A stretch of 64,000 nucleotides of DNA from Phoronis australis. Its lineage: Eukaryota; Animalia; Phoronida. The number at the start of each line of letters is the position of its first letter. Position 1 is the stretch's first letter. Shown in pieces: positions 26,050 to 39,811 of this stretch. Location: contig NMRA01000382.1 in assembly GCA_002633005.1 (NCBI GenBank), forward strand, positions 124,001 through 188,000, in the 5' to 3' direction. The position numbers were made by a program, and so were the translations under genes. Under the pieces are notes generated by a model, which was not told the DNA's origin, did no database searches, and worked only from the letters and a program-made list of their open reading frames with translations.

Positions 26050-28410
26050 TTTCGTGTGGAACAAATGAGTGACGTTACTGCACGGGTGAAAACGTTTTTG
26101 GCAGTAATGTATGCCGTTAAACGCTGCCAGTTTTGTATCTATATGGTGAAGCTCGTACGTGATACAAACAGATCAAAAGCTGTTTAGACCTCACAAACAT
26201 CACCCGGTGTAATAGGAACTGAACTGCATTAATTTTACAGTTTACCAGCTCACGATATATGTATATAAAATTATCTAAAATTTTATCATCGCTGCATCGT
26301 CTTCTTAATTCAGCAGATTCTGACCAAACTGCTTCCTTTGGAGGAGTTGACCACGGAAATCAAATTAGGCTCAACACCCAAAATGCCTGTATATAGCCTT
26401 GCAGGCTCTATTGTCTTTTGGAAACTTTAGAGAGCGTTAGTTAATTTCCGTCTTTGAAGTGCATCTTTTTGTTTGTCAATATCATTTATCTTTCTAAGAC
26501 GGGTTCTTTGGCGAAATTATATTTTATCCGGGTCTACAGTTTTTTTTCCATAGAATTGCGTTGTTAACTGTCGCGTTCGAAACTGTTCAGTGGCAATCTA
26601 CACTTGTTTCACGTGGCAGATTGTCATACACGTGACTGTCGTTTATCTTTGGAAGAATTTTCCTTGATCATTAGTGCTGGCAAGAATTGAAATCTTGGCA
26701 CCTGACAGCTTAAACTACGACTATGTTATGCTCATTGACACTTTCGGTTGAAAAATCATGTCCATGGTGACATGGATATGAAGCTACTTCTCTACGAGTG
26801 CTCAACCACGCCTAAATCTACCTTTAAAACAAACGCCCTGTGAATTGCGCATGCACTCCTCAAGCATAACGAACAAATGGGCCATCTATTTAGATTGATG
26901 GTTAATAACACGATCAAAAGACTAAACTGTAATGCAAAACGAAAGTCGTTCTCTGACACAGACTCAGTATTCAGCATGCTCATCAGGATGTCTGCTGTTT
27001 TTTCGTAAATATTTTGAACTTCTGGTGAAATCAAAGCACTCTTGTTTACTTTCCGGATGCCAATTCCTCATTTGCTTGCCTTTTCGTTGATTTCTCTCTC
27101 ACAAGGTAAATCACTTCCCCTTATTTCATATGGCAAGAAGTACACCTACAAGTAGGACACTTCTCTTACACTTGTATGGAAAGTGTGAGATTTAATCTCA
27201 AGTGACTCCAAGCATCTGACTATGAGTGCATGCGTCTATACAGTACATCGTAAGTGGTATTAAGAGATTAGAAAATCTGGGATTTTTACAGCGTTTTTCC
27301 TTCACCTCTTTTGCCACGTACATGCAATTCGTGCAGTAAGTTACTGTACTCATAATGTACACAGGTAAGAAATATAGATTATTATATGGCGAAGTCGTTA
27401 TCAACCGTTATCTAGAGCCCGAGTGGATTTTGCAGAATTATCGCCCGAGGGGCGCGTGCTCATTTATGTATTCTATTTTCACGTTCGATGACGTCAGCCG
27501 CTGAGTGGTGTAGTGGTGAAGTCCACGACTCGTAACTCTGGAGGCCCGGGTTCGAATCCTGCCTCGGTTTCCCTCCAAAATGTTATCTCACTAGTGAGAT
27601 AACTTTATGGGTTATTACACGGTTGTATCTGCCATTCGAGGCTCATATTGTGGTATAAAGGAAAATATTCCTATATCATCCGTGCTTTAATCCCCTCCCA
27701 ATTAAGATGCTAGTTCCTAGAAAATGCTGCAGCCTGTTGCCTTCAGCTCTAATCGAAGCCCCTCTGAAGAGATGGTAATAGATGGTTCGTTTTGATATTC
27801 TCTTTTTTATTGTGCCTAATCAAACAGAACCCGGATATCTTGGAGGTCTTGGCTGATTTAACGGCTCTAAGCTTTAGCCTATGCCGTTGAAGCGGGTTAA
27901 GTCATTTGTAAATTTAATTAGCCCCACGTTACGCAAAAGTAAAATTAGTCTTCGATTCGAGCTACACACTGGCAACGGTGCCGGTTTGAAAATCACGTGT
28001 AATACCGATTCACTAACCCAATTCTTATTTGTAATTTGTTCCAGGTGCATGTCTGGGATGGATCCTCGAGGTGAACACAAACAACGGAATGAAATGTACG
28101 TTTCGTATCAATTGTAACGAAGTAAATTCAATAACATGCATGTCGATACAGACTTGTCGTTTCTAACAGAATGTTGTTGGTTTCAACTTAGTGCAAAACC
28201 TGAAGAGCCAATATAAGCTTTGATAAAATTGGTCTGATAACTGTAATATCGTGATAGGATTCGATATCCACAATCATCTCCGAGTCAAAGGCAACGCGTT
28301 TATTTTCTACCGGATGCATCTCTATCGACCAGTAGTTTACTCAAAATTCCTCCACCTTTAGGTTTCATACTTTTTGCTAAATATGTTGACCTAATACATG
28401 TACATCAAGG
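26050..28410 (+). repeat. 2.4 kb dispersed repeat, copy 2 (interrupted by insertion 27372-27659)
   Basis: See copy 1 at 18340-20775. Confidence 0.88.
27372..27659 (+). mobile_element. ~290 bp insertion with tRNA-like cassette, no TSD, Crypton-like termini
   Basis: Absent at the equivalent position of copy 1 (~19830). A box TGGTGTAGTGG 27506-27516, B box GGTTCGAATCC 27549-27559, perfect 22-bp palindrome 27582-27603, end GTGGTATAA. Confidence 0.8.
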
Positions 28411-28419
28411 CTACAACCA

Positions 28420-28607
28420 ATTCTAGATTTGCGGGTTCCGTATCCATGCATCGCTGATATTAAAATCCGGGCCAGTTACATGCATCAGTTGGTCGTTCAA
28501 GTTGTTCAAAGAGTAAATATTTTCTGACAACAACATATTGCCAAATAAAACACTTTTGAACGGGAAGATGTGAATACGTGTTGAAGAGATAGTTGCCTCT
28601 ACGCGGC
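28420..28607 (+). repeat. Fragment homologous to the interior of family A element (~7470-7675)
   Basis: Shared ATCAGTTGGTCGTTCA.GTTGTTC, AAATATTTTCTG.CAACAACATATTG, AAGATGTGAATACGTG and CTCTACGCGGC. Confidence 0.8.
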
Positions 28608-30561
28608 CTACCCTTTACAGTGTCACGGCTTTAGGCATACGTACATGTATATTGCAATAACTGTGAAGTACCCTATACTTTCTGTCTTCTAGTTGCTTTC
28701 CAAAGACGTCGGCTTCTACACCAAAATAAGCCCAACGAGTGTTAAAATTATGACATCGTGAACTTGCGTCATCATCATCTGACGTGAGCGTACGTAAAAT
28801 AGATTACTTTGACCTTGGCGTGAAATAATCTCATGCTGAAAAAAAAACGGCATTGTACAGAGATTTATACGCTGTGGAAAATAAGGCGCACGTAGTCAAT
28901 CGCCGCCACCATTAAAACAAAAAAAATTAAAAACATCGTTTTATCATTGGGTAAACAGTTTATTCAGAGCCAAAAGTTCGGATCAAAAAGATTACTTCTA
29001 TGTAGATTGTTTAACTACATCAAAGAATATTCTTTGAGTGAAAAATATAATGCTCGTACAAACATTGTTTTCTACAAAAAAGATGGTGTAACTTTGAACC
29101 GGTTATTCTTAGCAGTCAAGAGGATTAGTTGTGGGGTATGCGTGTGTTTGTGCGTGTGTGTATAACATAAATAAAGATTAATTCTCACCACCAAGTGGAT
29201 CGACAGAAGCAGATGTTGCTTGTTGTTGGACTAATTAGGAACCAATTATATTGTAATTTTTCTCAAGTAGTAACTGCCTGCTAGAAAATTTCAAGCCAAC
29301 CCAAAGAAACTCTCATGTAGTAACAATACGCTGGAGATTTTTAGTACCAACATTCACAACTATTTCTACCAAGGAACGATTTAAAATCAGTTTCATAGTA
29401 ATGAAACGTGGTCTAAATGAAACGTAGGTTTGCGAATTCGGATTTTTGTGCAACTTAAATTCCAGTAGAGCATAAATCATTTACAAGAGTATACACAAGC
29501 CTTTGATGCAGACTGTGAGGACGACCGATATGGCTGAACAACAGCTTCGCATCCCTTCAAGATGACAATAGTGACCTTTGTAAGAAGACACTCAGCTTAC
29601 AAATCATCCCAGTGCCCCTATCCTGAAAATTCCGACCTTCATAAATGCATCTGAAAAGTTGACATCAAATCGACAGGTGGAATCACACAAACACGAATTT
29701 GTTGGATACGAGGGCATTAGGTCCCATTGTCGACTTAGAAGAGGTAACTACACAAAATATCGGCTTACAGTTATGCTGATGACTGTAAACCACGAGTGTT
29801 GATGGTTGTAAATCGTGGGTGTCATGTGGACACAAAGCAGGCTCTTTGAAATCGACATACAAGTGTAGTGAATGTAGTTCTTTGTAAAGCCTGTTCATAG
29901 TCCTACAATACCCAAGTTGACCTATGTAAGAAAACATTGGCCTAACGAAGGGTTTGTCGTCCTAGCTGAGATGATCATTGTTTTATTACAGCTATAGGCC
30001 ATGAACAACCAAGCCATGAATGTGGCATTCTGGGCATGAAAATAAATCATTTTATGAAATCAAGTGTAGATAACTGTAGGTAACCGCTGAAAATGCAAAA
30101 TTATCATTTTACATATGTTCTTTGATCAACTGGACATCCACCAAAGCACTGACATGGTAGAGCTAAAACGTAACCCTGATACGATTGAAGTAGGGTTGAC
30201 ACAAACCTAGCGCATGTTTAAAGAACTAAATGCTGTCTATACTTTTGCAACGCGCATTTTACCGTTTTATTATGGGACAGCAATGGAACCTGTTGCTAAA
30301 ATATATACTGCACAGCATCTGTGAAGTGCACACCTGCTTAAAAATATCTCTAGTATTTGTTTGGTAACCTGCTTGGCCGTTTTCATGGATTTAGACGTAG
30401 AAGTCTTAGTCCAAGCAGTTTCTAGCCAGACACATTGCCAATTCTCAACTTTAATTCCGATATGTCAATAATTATTAAGCTAACCATTCCAACTAATCAG
30501 GTCGCTGGATGTGTGTACAGAGACTGTCCGATATATTTTTCTTTCATATATGTGCTGTTAG

Positions 30562-30771
30562 ATGATTTTTATAACCAAAGCAAATGTGAAGCTACGAGCT
30601 GGATTTGGCCTTACGATTTCACTGCAAAACTTCTCAATACCAGGGTAGAAATAAGTACTTATATGCAGCATTATAATTTTATTATGAATATTACTGAAAC
30701 CAGTGGGTATACGCTTACAATATCGTGTTCGCGAGAGCTTTATTTGCTTTCCCGAATAATTTATGTGCAGC
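30562..30771 (+). CDS. Candidate exon, PKD/Ig-like beta-sandwich segment
   Basis: Pyrimidine-rich tract plus ttag acceptor, C|gtaggg donor. 210 nt, phase 1-1, compatible with the kringle exon. Translation DFYNQSKCEATSWIWPYDF...NITETSGYTLTISCSRELYLLSRIIYVQ ends like PKD repeats (Y.VTV..SN....I.VQ). Confidence 0.5.
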
Positions 30772-31989
30772 GTAGGGTGACACTTTTGTGTTGGGAAGCA
30801 GCACACTGATAACAAGTCACTGCAGATGATCAAAAACTGCGTAAACGAAATACAATTTCTTAAATTTTCAATAATACGTAGTTTTCAATATGTGTCTTTT
30901 AATGGGAAGTATCAACTAAAGGAGGAGCTGTATACGTGAATGCCGTTAGCAGTGTGACTTACGGAAAGGTTGCCAAAGACTAGAATTAGCTTTGCCAAGA
31001 AGCATTCTGAACGATTATCGAATATTGCAGCCGATCATTATGTTATAATGCAAATCAACCACAATGCACCAACGGGTAAGGATCAATCGGACACCCTCAT
31101 GAAAGAAACCTGGTGTTTCAATGCGTTTGAAGAAAATCATGAATGACCTCACAGACATGATATCGTTGCACGTTGAATTTTTTCCTTCACTGGGTCCATT
31201 TCAGAAATAAGGCTACTTTGACAACATCGCGTATGTAATTGGTCAAAACCTCAAAGCGTTTTGCTGTCTTCTAACTGAGAGAAATCTTGAACCACTACCC
31301 AGCATTTCACTGCGTAATCCATCAGTTGGAAGTAGCTTACACCTTGTATTGCAGTGCAAATAAATTATTTGCAAGTAGGAACTAGAAAGAAAGCTGACAC
31401 GACATTATACCAAAAACAGTTTTCAACGAAACCAGAATATTCAGGAACTCCATGAATCAAGTGAGGACACAAAAAAGCATGGGGATTTCCGGGTTGTTCA
31501 CTTTTTACATGTCAAGCCAAGAGAACTTCATGGCAACGCTTTCTGGTTCTATGTGGTTTAAATTTGAGGAACTTTTTTATTTTAAGTGAAGTGACCACGT
31601 GACATGGTCTTGCTTACGAGGCAGTGAATCGAGTCACGAGAAACGCCAGTAATTTTCACAGATGTAAGCAGTTCTCAATTGGTCCTGTAAGTACTTTGCA
31701 TAAAGTATTGAGGATTTTGAAGACTGTAAGTAAAGGACGAGATCAATTGTTCGCAAGCACTTGTTTAAATAGTCGGTGAAGCAACTCAGATTTTGAAGTC
31801 CGTGCATTAAAAGCGATTTGTAAAGTTGACATAACTCAAAGGATTGAAAGGAAATAACTTGCCAGAGTGTTACAGTCTGTACTAACGAAATTAAATTCCT
31901 TTGACAGCCTTAGGGAACCACAAACGGTCTTGGCGGTTTGTCTCGCTTCTTTTAGCGTTTTCTAAAATTAACGGATCATCTCAGATCCT

Positions 31990-32720
31990 AACTCAGCCAG
32001 CTACCTGTATGAAGACTATTGCCAATATACACCTCTCTGTTCATCGCCATAGGACCCAAAATTTAGTTTCAAAATGTAGACCAAAAAACCGGGGGTGTTT
32101 GCAAAGTCTGGTAGTCGACCGACACTCACCTTGCCCGTTACAGGAATTTCGTGAAAATCTAATCAACGCAATTTTAGGGCGTATTTCTCCGCCTTTGATA
32201 ACATTGAAAAGCTTCTGGTCGTTTTGAATTTTTTACGATCGTGACACACCAAGCGCCATTTCCTATTTTTGTAACATCTTTCGGGAGATGATGGTACAAG
32301 AAGCTTCGAAGAAGCAAAGCTAGTGTTGTCCTGAAATTTAGTGTTCAGGTGTTAAAAAGCTATAAACTTAAAACGAAATAACGCTAGTTAAAATAACTAT
32401 TTTTGGCATATAAGCAAAATCGTGGAACATGAACAATTGATTGAAGAATCGGGAAAAAAGAAACAGGCCAATCCATGTAGATGACGCAATATTTCCATAA
32501 CGCCGAAAGCTGACGCAAAAAATTGACCCACAACTTAGCACCAAAGTAGCGGTAGAACGCCATTTTTACAACATTGGTGAATGATTTTGTTTACTCAAAT
32601 GAGATTATATATTTTAAAAGACATTAACTTTGAGGAGGATTTTATCTGGTCACTGTTTTAACCACGTCAAACGTGAAGGTTTATATTTAGTATGAGAATT
32701 TGAGCCAAGGCTACCAAATC
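31990..32720 (-). repeat. Old dispersed repeat, copy 2 (inverse of 10125-10850)
   Basis: Reverse complement is collinear with 10125-10850. Confidence 0.7.
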
Positions 32721-32758
32721 CTGTGACTTATTTTTGTCTCATTTTGTCACGATGTGAC

Positions 32759-33479
32759 TCAAGGGACATTGTGTTGTGCAGAGTCGATTGAGGGTGAACA
32801 CCTCTGAGAGTCAATTTTGTCTTTCATTAGTGCTTTTAATTTTCCAGTCTCTTGATCAATTTTCTGTTCATGTGGGTGACAGCAGTGTCTAGTACCATAT
32901 GCATAACAAACATATATCTTTTGAAAAAGGTGGTTGTCCGGGTCTTTCCTCACGTGTCGTAAGTATTGGACTGATTACAGCAACGACGGCAATAGTGAAA
33001 CGACTACCCAATCGAATCATCAGCAAAATCAAAACTCTTAATTTGATCATCTGTTTCTTAGGAATATGTAAAGCAAACGCTATGCATTCTCTTTAGAAAA
33101 CATCAGTGAAATTCCTTTGAGCCATTAAGCTCGTGTTTTGAACGCTCTGGGTCCAATTTTTAAATTTAGCGAGAAGACCAGCCTGTTTGAGGATATCTGT
33201 AATGGTTTTAATATTTTTATTCCACGTATCCATGAAAGTCTTCAATCGAATCATTCTTGTCTAAGACATTGATATGCAAAAAACGATCAAAATCTTCATC
33301 CTCAACTGTTTTGGACAGCGGGATTGTGTTGCTCTATCTGTTCTTTTTTCACGTTTCTGCAGATTTCGATGGCCTTTTATCACCTGCATTACTGTTTGCA
33401 GTTGATACAGAGCAGACTCAAACAATTGATAGTAAGGCCGGGATTTCCCAGCTCGCTGTCTTTCATTTTCTGCGGCCAC
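32759..33479 (-). pseudogene. Decayed coding-like segment of unknown family
   Basis: After tctag, consecutive protein-like frames joined by frameshifts: VAAENERQRAGKSRPYYQLFESALYQLQ.. / IPLSKTVEDEDFDRFLHINVLD / LKTFMDTWNKNIKTITDILKQAGLLAKF / VRKDPDNHLFQKIY..EQKIDQETGKLKALMKDK. Confidence 0.4.
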
Positions 33480-33680
33480 CTAGATGTATGTTAGCCCTAA
33501 ATGTTTTCCAAAGTGAACCTTAAAGTAACACTGGGAGAACCTCAGACAAAAAGTGAAACGAAGAACGCGTGTACAGCTAATTTGACCACCTACATCATAG
33601 ATTAATGACTGATATAATTATAGTTTGAAAACGCAGTGGCTTCTTTAAATCCACCTTTCTTCATTTGTAGGACATATTAA

Positions 33681-35634
33681 GGTAGGTGGATACACAAAAA
33701 AAATTAATTTTGGCTGTTTTTTACATTTTCATATCATCCTAATCTTTAATTCTTGATGCACAGTATACTGAAGAAAAATAAAATCATTCTGAAAATCCAA
33801 AGTTGTTTTTTAGCTATATTTGACCAAACCTCAGTAAGTCATATGGCTTGAGTGCTCACCAGCTCAGTGATTGACAACTGGGGCGGAGCTTATATACAAG
33901 GACACTAGCTCTAATCTAACCCTGTCAACAAGCATTGCGTAACCGGGCAATCGAGAGTGATGTACCAGCTGATATTGGTGTTGTAGCAAGACCAAGAATA
34001 AAACAATTCTATTTTTGACCATGTGGAAGTTAGTAGTGAAATGGTGAACTAGCTCCTGTTCCGAGCCTGAGCCTGTTTGTCTATCTGCAAAAAAAAATTA
34101 AGTTGAGTACGCCAAGCCCTACCGAAGCCATCACTGCACTCAGCTTGAGGAGTCCGTGCAGAAATTGTGCATGTATAAGAGAAGTCGGTAATATAAGGTC
34201 AGTTGTCTTGCGAGAGGACGCTGAGTGTCGACGTGGGTGGTGTTGCACGATTCGGTGAGAGTGCATACACGCGCTGTGAAGACAAGCCGCGCGCGCGACA
34301 CATGGACAACTACATGCCGTCAGAGTAGAGTCTTCGCAGATAAACCGTGCTTCTGTGCTGGGAACGTGCCGTGGAGAAACTAGGCTGTCAAACCCAGAGG
34401 ATTTTTAACTTGCCACTGGCCGTAACCCAAAGAATTAGAGAAATGACCCAGTGTTCAACATAACAAAAAATTTTCTAGTGCATAGATTCAAACGTAACCC
34501 TGAATTAAAACTCATGATATTATACGATTTTAGAGGAAAGCAATATAAGAAACTTTAGTAACTTGAGAATCTCACCCAAGCGGCGCTATTTGCGCAGAAA
34601 GTGATATTTTCTTATCCCAAAGTCCATTCGGTACAGGCACGTAAAAATGTTGAACCATTACTATGAAAGTAGTTCTTTATCCTCGTCGCCAATATTGTTA
34701 TGTAGGCAGTAACGCGGCGATTTGATATAACACATATATTGGTTGATGATAATATTGGAATACTAACAAATAGGTCTGTGTAATATAGTTAGAGAGTCTT
34801 TTACAAACTGAGTGGAGAGTTCAGATGAATCGTATAAACAATCAACACATGTTGGTCGGCACACCAGTACAGCAGACAATAGATCAACGCTAAGCTCCGC
34901 CCACGTGACAGCCATATTTGTTTTGGTCGTCTGTCGTGCATCACAAGTTCGAAAAAATGATTAAAATTACGCTGTAAACAAACAGGTATGTCACATTTTC
35001 TAAATATGAAGTAAATATCAGCTTTATTTCTAGTACTTCAACAAAAATTGGAACATAATGACCACGCATTCTGAACGAAATTTGATCTCAAGTGGCAATC
35101 GATGACCGCTTAACTTCAAAGCCGTTTTTCTCGGCTCGTGATTTCAGGATAGTGACACGATTCTCGGGCCTATTTTTCCACAACACGTGGGTCAATTTTA
35201 ACGAAAGTTGCAAATTTGAAATCCTCTTGGACTGAAGTAAAATCGCGTGCCAGGGTTTTTTGATAAATGGACCAGATTTTTAGTTATTAGACGGAAAGTG
35301 ACCAAATGACAAAAAGTGGCGTGCTTGCCCCAACTCACACACAAAAAATGCCACAAAATCAAGATCATAATGATTTTGTACATATATTTGGTATGGATAA
35401 GTAGAATATTGCGTAAGGAAATAGTTGATGATGATCCCTGTGCATTTTGAAAAAAAATTCGAGGTAAAATTGGATTTGTTGAAAATTAAAAAATACGATT
35501 TAAAAAAAACGAACTACAAAAAAACATTTTTTTTCGATTTTTGTCACTTTCAGAATCATGTCTAACTAGTTAAAACTCCCTTTTTACTCATTTAAGTTAG
35601 GAACCTGGAGATTTGATCAGTGTATACACCTACC
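33681..35634 (+). mobile_element. Non-autonomous Kolobok-like element with TTAA TSD
   Basis: TTAA|GGTAGGTGGATACAC ... GTGTATACACCTACC|TTAA (14/15 TIR). Internal GGGGCGGAGCTTA / TAAGCTCCGCCC inverted pair. Faint KolX-like relic (LFEPE..PCRNCACIREV) at ~34050-34230. Confidence 0.78.
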
Positions 35635-38600
35635 TTAAGTACTAGTCCACGAGAGCACCAGCCATCCAGCGGCAAGGTGGGTGTCCGCCGATTTTCACCA
35701 AATTTGGCATATAGGTAGTCCTATAAGATCTATAAACAGCGGTAAAATATTTCCTCGAAATGTTGCATTTTTCCAAAGTTATAGGCTCAAACACATTTTA
35801 CAGCTTCTTAGCCATGTTTTCACTGTATAAAACTGTCCAGTTTTAACTGTTTATATTTTTTCTTGAATGAAACTTATTGATTTATTATTGACTTGGCATT
35901 GTTTAGTGGTGCCTATAGATTGTTACACGGATGTCTTGAAACCCGATTCCGATTTACCACCCTCATTTAGTAGTTTTACTACACTGCCCCCCGTTAAGCC
36001 ATTTTGAGGCTATGTTAAGTACACTGCTGTACCACATCTGCCCCCACTGCTATGAGAATGAAAGTAGGTCAACATGTTGACAAAACGTGTTACTTTCATT
36101 GCATAAAATAAAAAATTTGTCAGCCAGTTTATTAGTTATACAGTTTGGCACCTCAAATTGTACTAAAATGAGAAATTTTCATATATCTGAGATCGATGCG
36201 TGAGCACCGTAAAATCCGATTGTCCTTTATGTTTTTCGATATTTTGCAACAAGTTAGTTCCTCCTGAATGTTTTGAACGTTTTACTACTTACCACTTATG
36301 GCTATAGTACCCCTAAATATCATACGTGGATCCATTTTGTAAAAAGCCGATTATGTCCTCTACAGTGAATAGGGTTAGACATGAACTCCACAAATGTATG
36401 TTATTTTGATTTACAGATGTTTTACTTTGCAATTTCCTCATGGGTATTTCTTCACATTCACACATATTTAAGTCAGATTTTCTGTTGATCAAATATTCAT
36501 GAAATGCATTTTAATATCAAATGAATGATAAGTTTGGTGGCATGACCGCAATTTTTCCCACGACTTAAAACAAAAGACCGCAGAAATTTTCCTGACGAAA
36601 TACCGGGTTTGCAGTTCTCTAAAAACATTCGAACGACAAGACAAACTCCACCACTGTCCGTGGCAACTCGTCGCATGTTTTTCGCCTATCGGTCCTATCA
36701 TTGATTTCCTTTGTTGTGTCATTGTTGGATATAACAACACCGGTCGCATGGATATAGAACCTTGTGTACATCAGACTGTTGCCGATAAGTGCTCGTCATT
36801 ATATCTTTATTATAACAACGGGAACAATGAAGATGCTAATACATTGTTCTCTATGCCACCATGTTTCCCGTGGATGACCATTGAAGAGGAATCCTAAAGT
36901 ATCCACAATGACCACACACCTAAGTTTATTATTACCCCGCACACGAATCCTTTCCGTGGAACCTAAACACCAATTTTATTATATCCCTGTATTGTGTTGT
37001 ATTGCTCATGGTACGGGTTCAGACTCCGTTGTATTAAGATTCCAATCCCCAACCCTGTAATATGCAGTTTGAGTAAAATTTATAGACGATGCATGTTTAT
37101 GGGTTTATTTTCCTTTAAATGAAGAGTAAAAATCAAATTCTGTACAGGTTTTTTAAAAGTAATCACTTATTGGAAGATCAAACATCTAAAAAATAAAACA
37201 ATGTTTCACAATTTTATTCATTATCTTATTTGAAAATTGCCTACCTCACAGACAACTCATCTAAGTTGAATATATTCCTTGTGAAAAAATATAAAATACC
37301 AACCAGAGCCTTGTGTACTACAAAATATGTTTTCGTAATACAATGCAAAGATAACTGTACAGTCAAAAGTTCAAATGTTATGACTCTAATAAAAAATTGC
37401 TTTCTAGAGATTTTCAACCCTCCAATTGCTACAGGACAGGGTCAACCACACAAAGCCCACAAAGTCAGGGAATTACATTTAAGGTGATGTAGTATCACTG
37501 CGAAAAAAGTGATTTCGCAATATCGCTGACAACACTGGAAATTTCTTCTTCACAAACTTGAGGTAGCTGTATTTACCACATCAATGTTCTTATCAAAACT
37601 AACCACCACAAAATGAAAAATTGGCTCCTCGGTTCCAATTAGGCAGCATTTTACAATGAAATGGTCATGAAAAAAATACTTTTGCAACATGGTTTGCATT
37701 ACAATTGCCCTACGATTACATTTGTACATACACACTAGACTAGTAACAAAATTACCCATGGGAACCATAAAATGGCCAATTCGCCAAAAAACAAAGAGCC
37801 ACCAGAGCTAATGTGCCAATACTTTTCAGTACTGCAACAAAAAGTCATTTGAAGTGGACATAAACTCACCTAAAATCACATAAAACAACTTTTGATTGAG
37901 ACATATAACCATCATGAAATAGCTTTTACTCCCAGGTCAATTTTGAGCAATTTCAGAATTTCGAAAGATCTGGCAATATGCAATTGCTGGAGACCAGTCT
38001 AATAGTGTGTGATTTTATACACACAGCACGGTCTCAAGGAATAGCAAACTGTCAATTCGCTACAATTCCAGAAATCACTTCCCAAACTGATCAAAGTTTA
38101 TAGAGGTAAATGGTCTAAATCCAAGCTTATTACCTCATGGACAGAAGGTTTACAACCCAGGCAGAAAGATAAGTTAACAAAACCAGCCTAAATGCAACAG
38201 GGGCTCAAATTTCAGCAATATATACCTATTTACAAACAAGAATCTATAATTGTAAATAAGATGCGGAAACATAAATTCAGATCAATTACGCATCTTCAAG
38301 GAAAAGGAACAGTACAGTGGTCAGAAATCATCTAAATATGATGGCCACACTGAAAAATCCTGTCAGACCAAACAATTCAGTGGCTAAACAAAATGAACAA
38401 TGTACCATTACCATGTGGCCCAGGATCATGATCCGTGCCTGAACAAAAATTCAGTCTAGGTAAATTTTAGGTTAGTGCTGTTCACACAAGCAGTCCTGGT
38501 GCTAACAAAGCTTGCGACAACACACAAGCCTACTTCCCTACACAGCTGTGCTGACATAAAAATGCCCCCACTGGATTAAGCAGATCAGCCACAGTATTTA

Positions 38601-39811
38601 CTGGTCCAGCCACTGTATTGTTTCCTCCCTTTGAATTTTTACAATGCTACATCTTTGAAAATCGCAGATTGCCTCTTTCAATGCATACTCCACTTCCTCT
38701 GTCCCAGTTTCCCCACATTTGCTGAGAGTGGTCTATATCAAAAAACTACTGTGGACATGTTGTGGTATAAGCCAGTAATCTTTGGCAAATACTTTTTCCC
38801 GGACTCGTTCCTCAAGCTACAAATTCTCTTTGACATATCTTCTGGGAGTAGACATTTCGGTCTCCCTCTAGCCCCCTCACTTAGTTGTCCAGAAGGGTAC
38901 CCTTACAAGAATGAACTTAAGTTTTTCAGAAAACTTAAGTTTATCACAAAACTTAAGTTTTTGTAATTTCAAAAATTTAAGATTTCCTGACTTCTTAAGT
39001 TTTTTGCAAACTTTAATTTTTCCAATAATAGAAACTAAAGTTTTCCTGACTTCTTCAGTTTTTCAGAAAACTGGATTTTTTCATGTGTGGAAAACTTGAA
39101 TTTTCTAAAAACTCTAAGGTTTCTATATGAAGAAAATTTACGGTTTCAAGTTTTTAAAATTTGAATGTAGTGAGATATTTTATTTTTGGTTCGAAATTTT
39201 TCCGATTATTTTCCAACAAAAAATTATTGTTTGTTCATGCAAAACCCATCATCTCGATCATGCCCGATTGTTTCCTTAACATTTATATAGATACAAACCA
39301 TAAAACGACGAAAGTTTAACCTGGTAAGTACTGATTTAGTGCAATTACATAATCATTATCGCACGTCTTTGTGAATTTGAATGTAGACGAACATCCGGTG
39401 ACCAACAGCAGTAAGAATGCACCCAATGTTAATCCCCTGAGACACTGACCTAGTCAGTACAATGTAATCAATAGAACTCATGCAATTGTTAAAAACGATG
39501 TTATTGTGCAAGTTTCCTTTGTGTTGAGTTGTATTCGTAAGGCAGTTTCCACCGGAAGTCAACAGTTTAAATTTTATAACCGACAGTCAACTTCGAAAAG
39601 TCGTGTTGGCTAGCCCGCGACAATGAAGTTTATATTAGTACGAGCAGAGCCAGCAAAAAGACATTTCAGAAGTTTTGGAAGTCAGGTTAGTGCCAGAGAA
39701 CGTTCTAAAATCGATTGGCCACAATCGGTGGTGTGATTTCCAACAAACGTGTCAAGTTCAGTTGTTATTGTCAGCCACTCACGAGTCACGCTATCACATA
39801 CCGACATGGAC

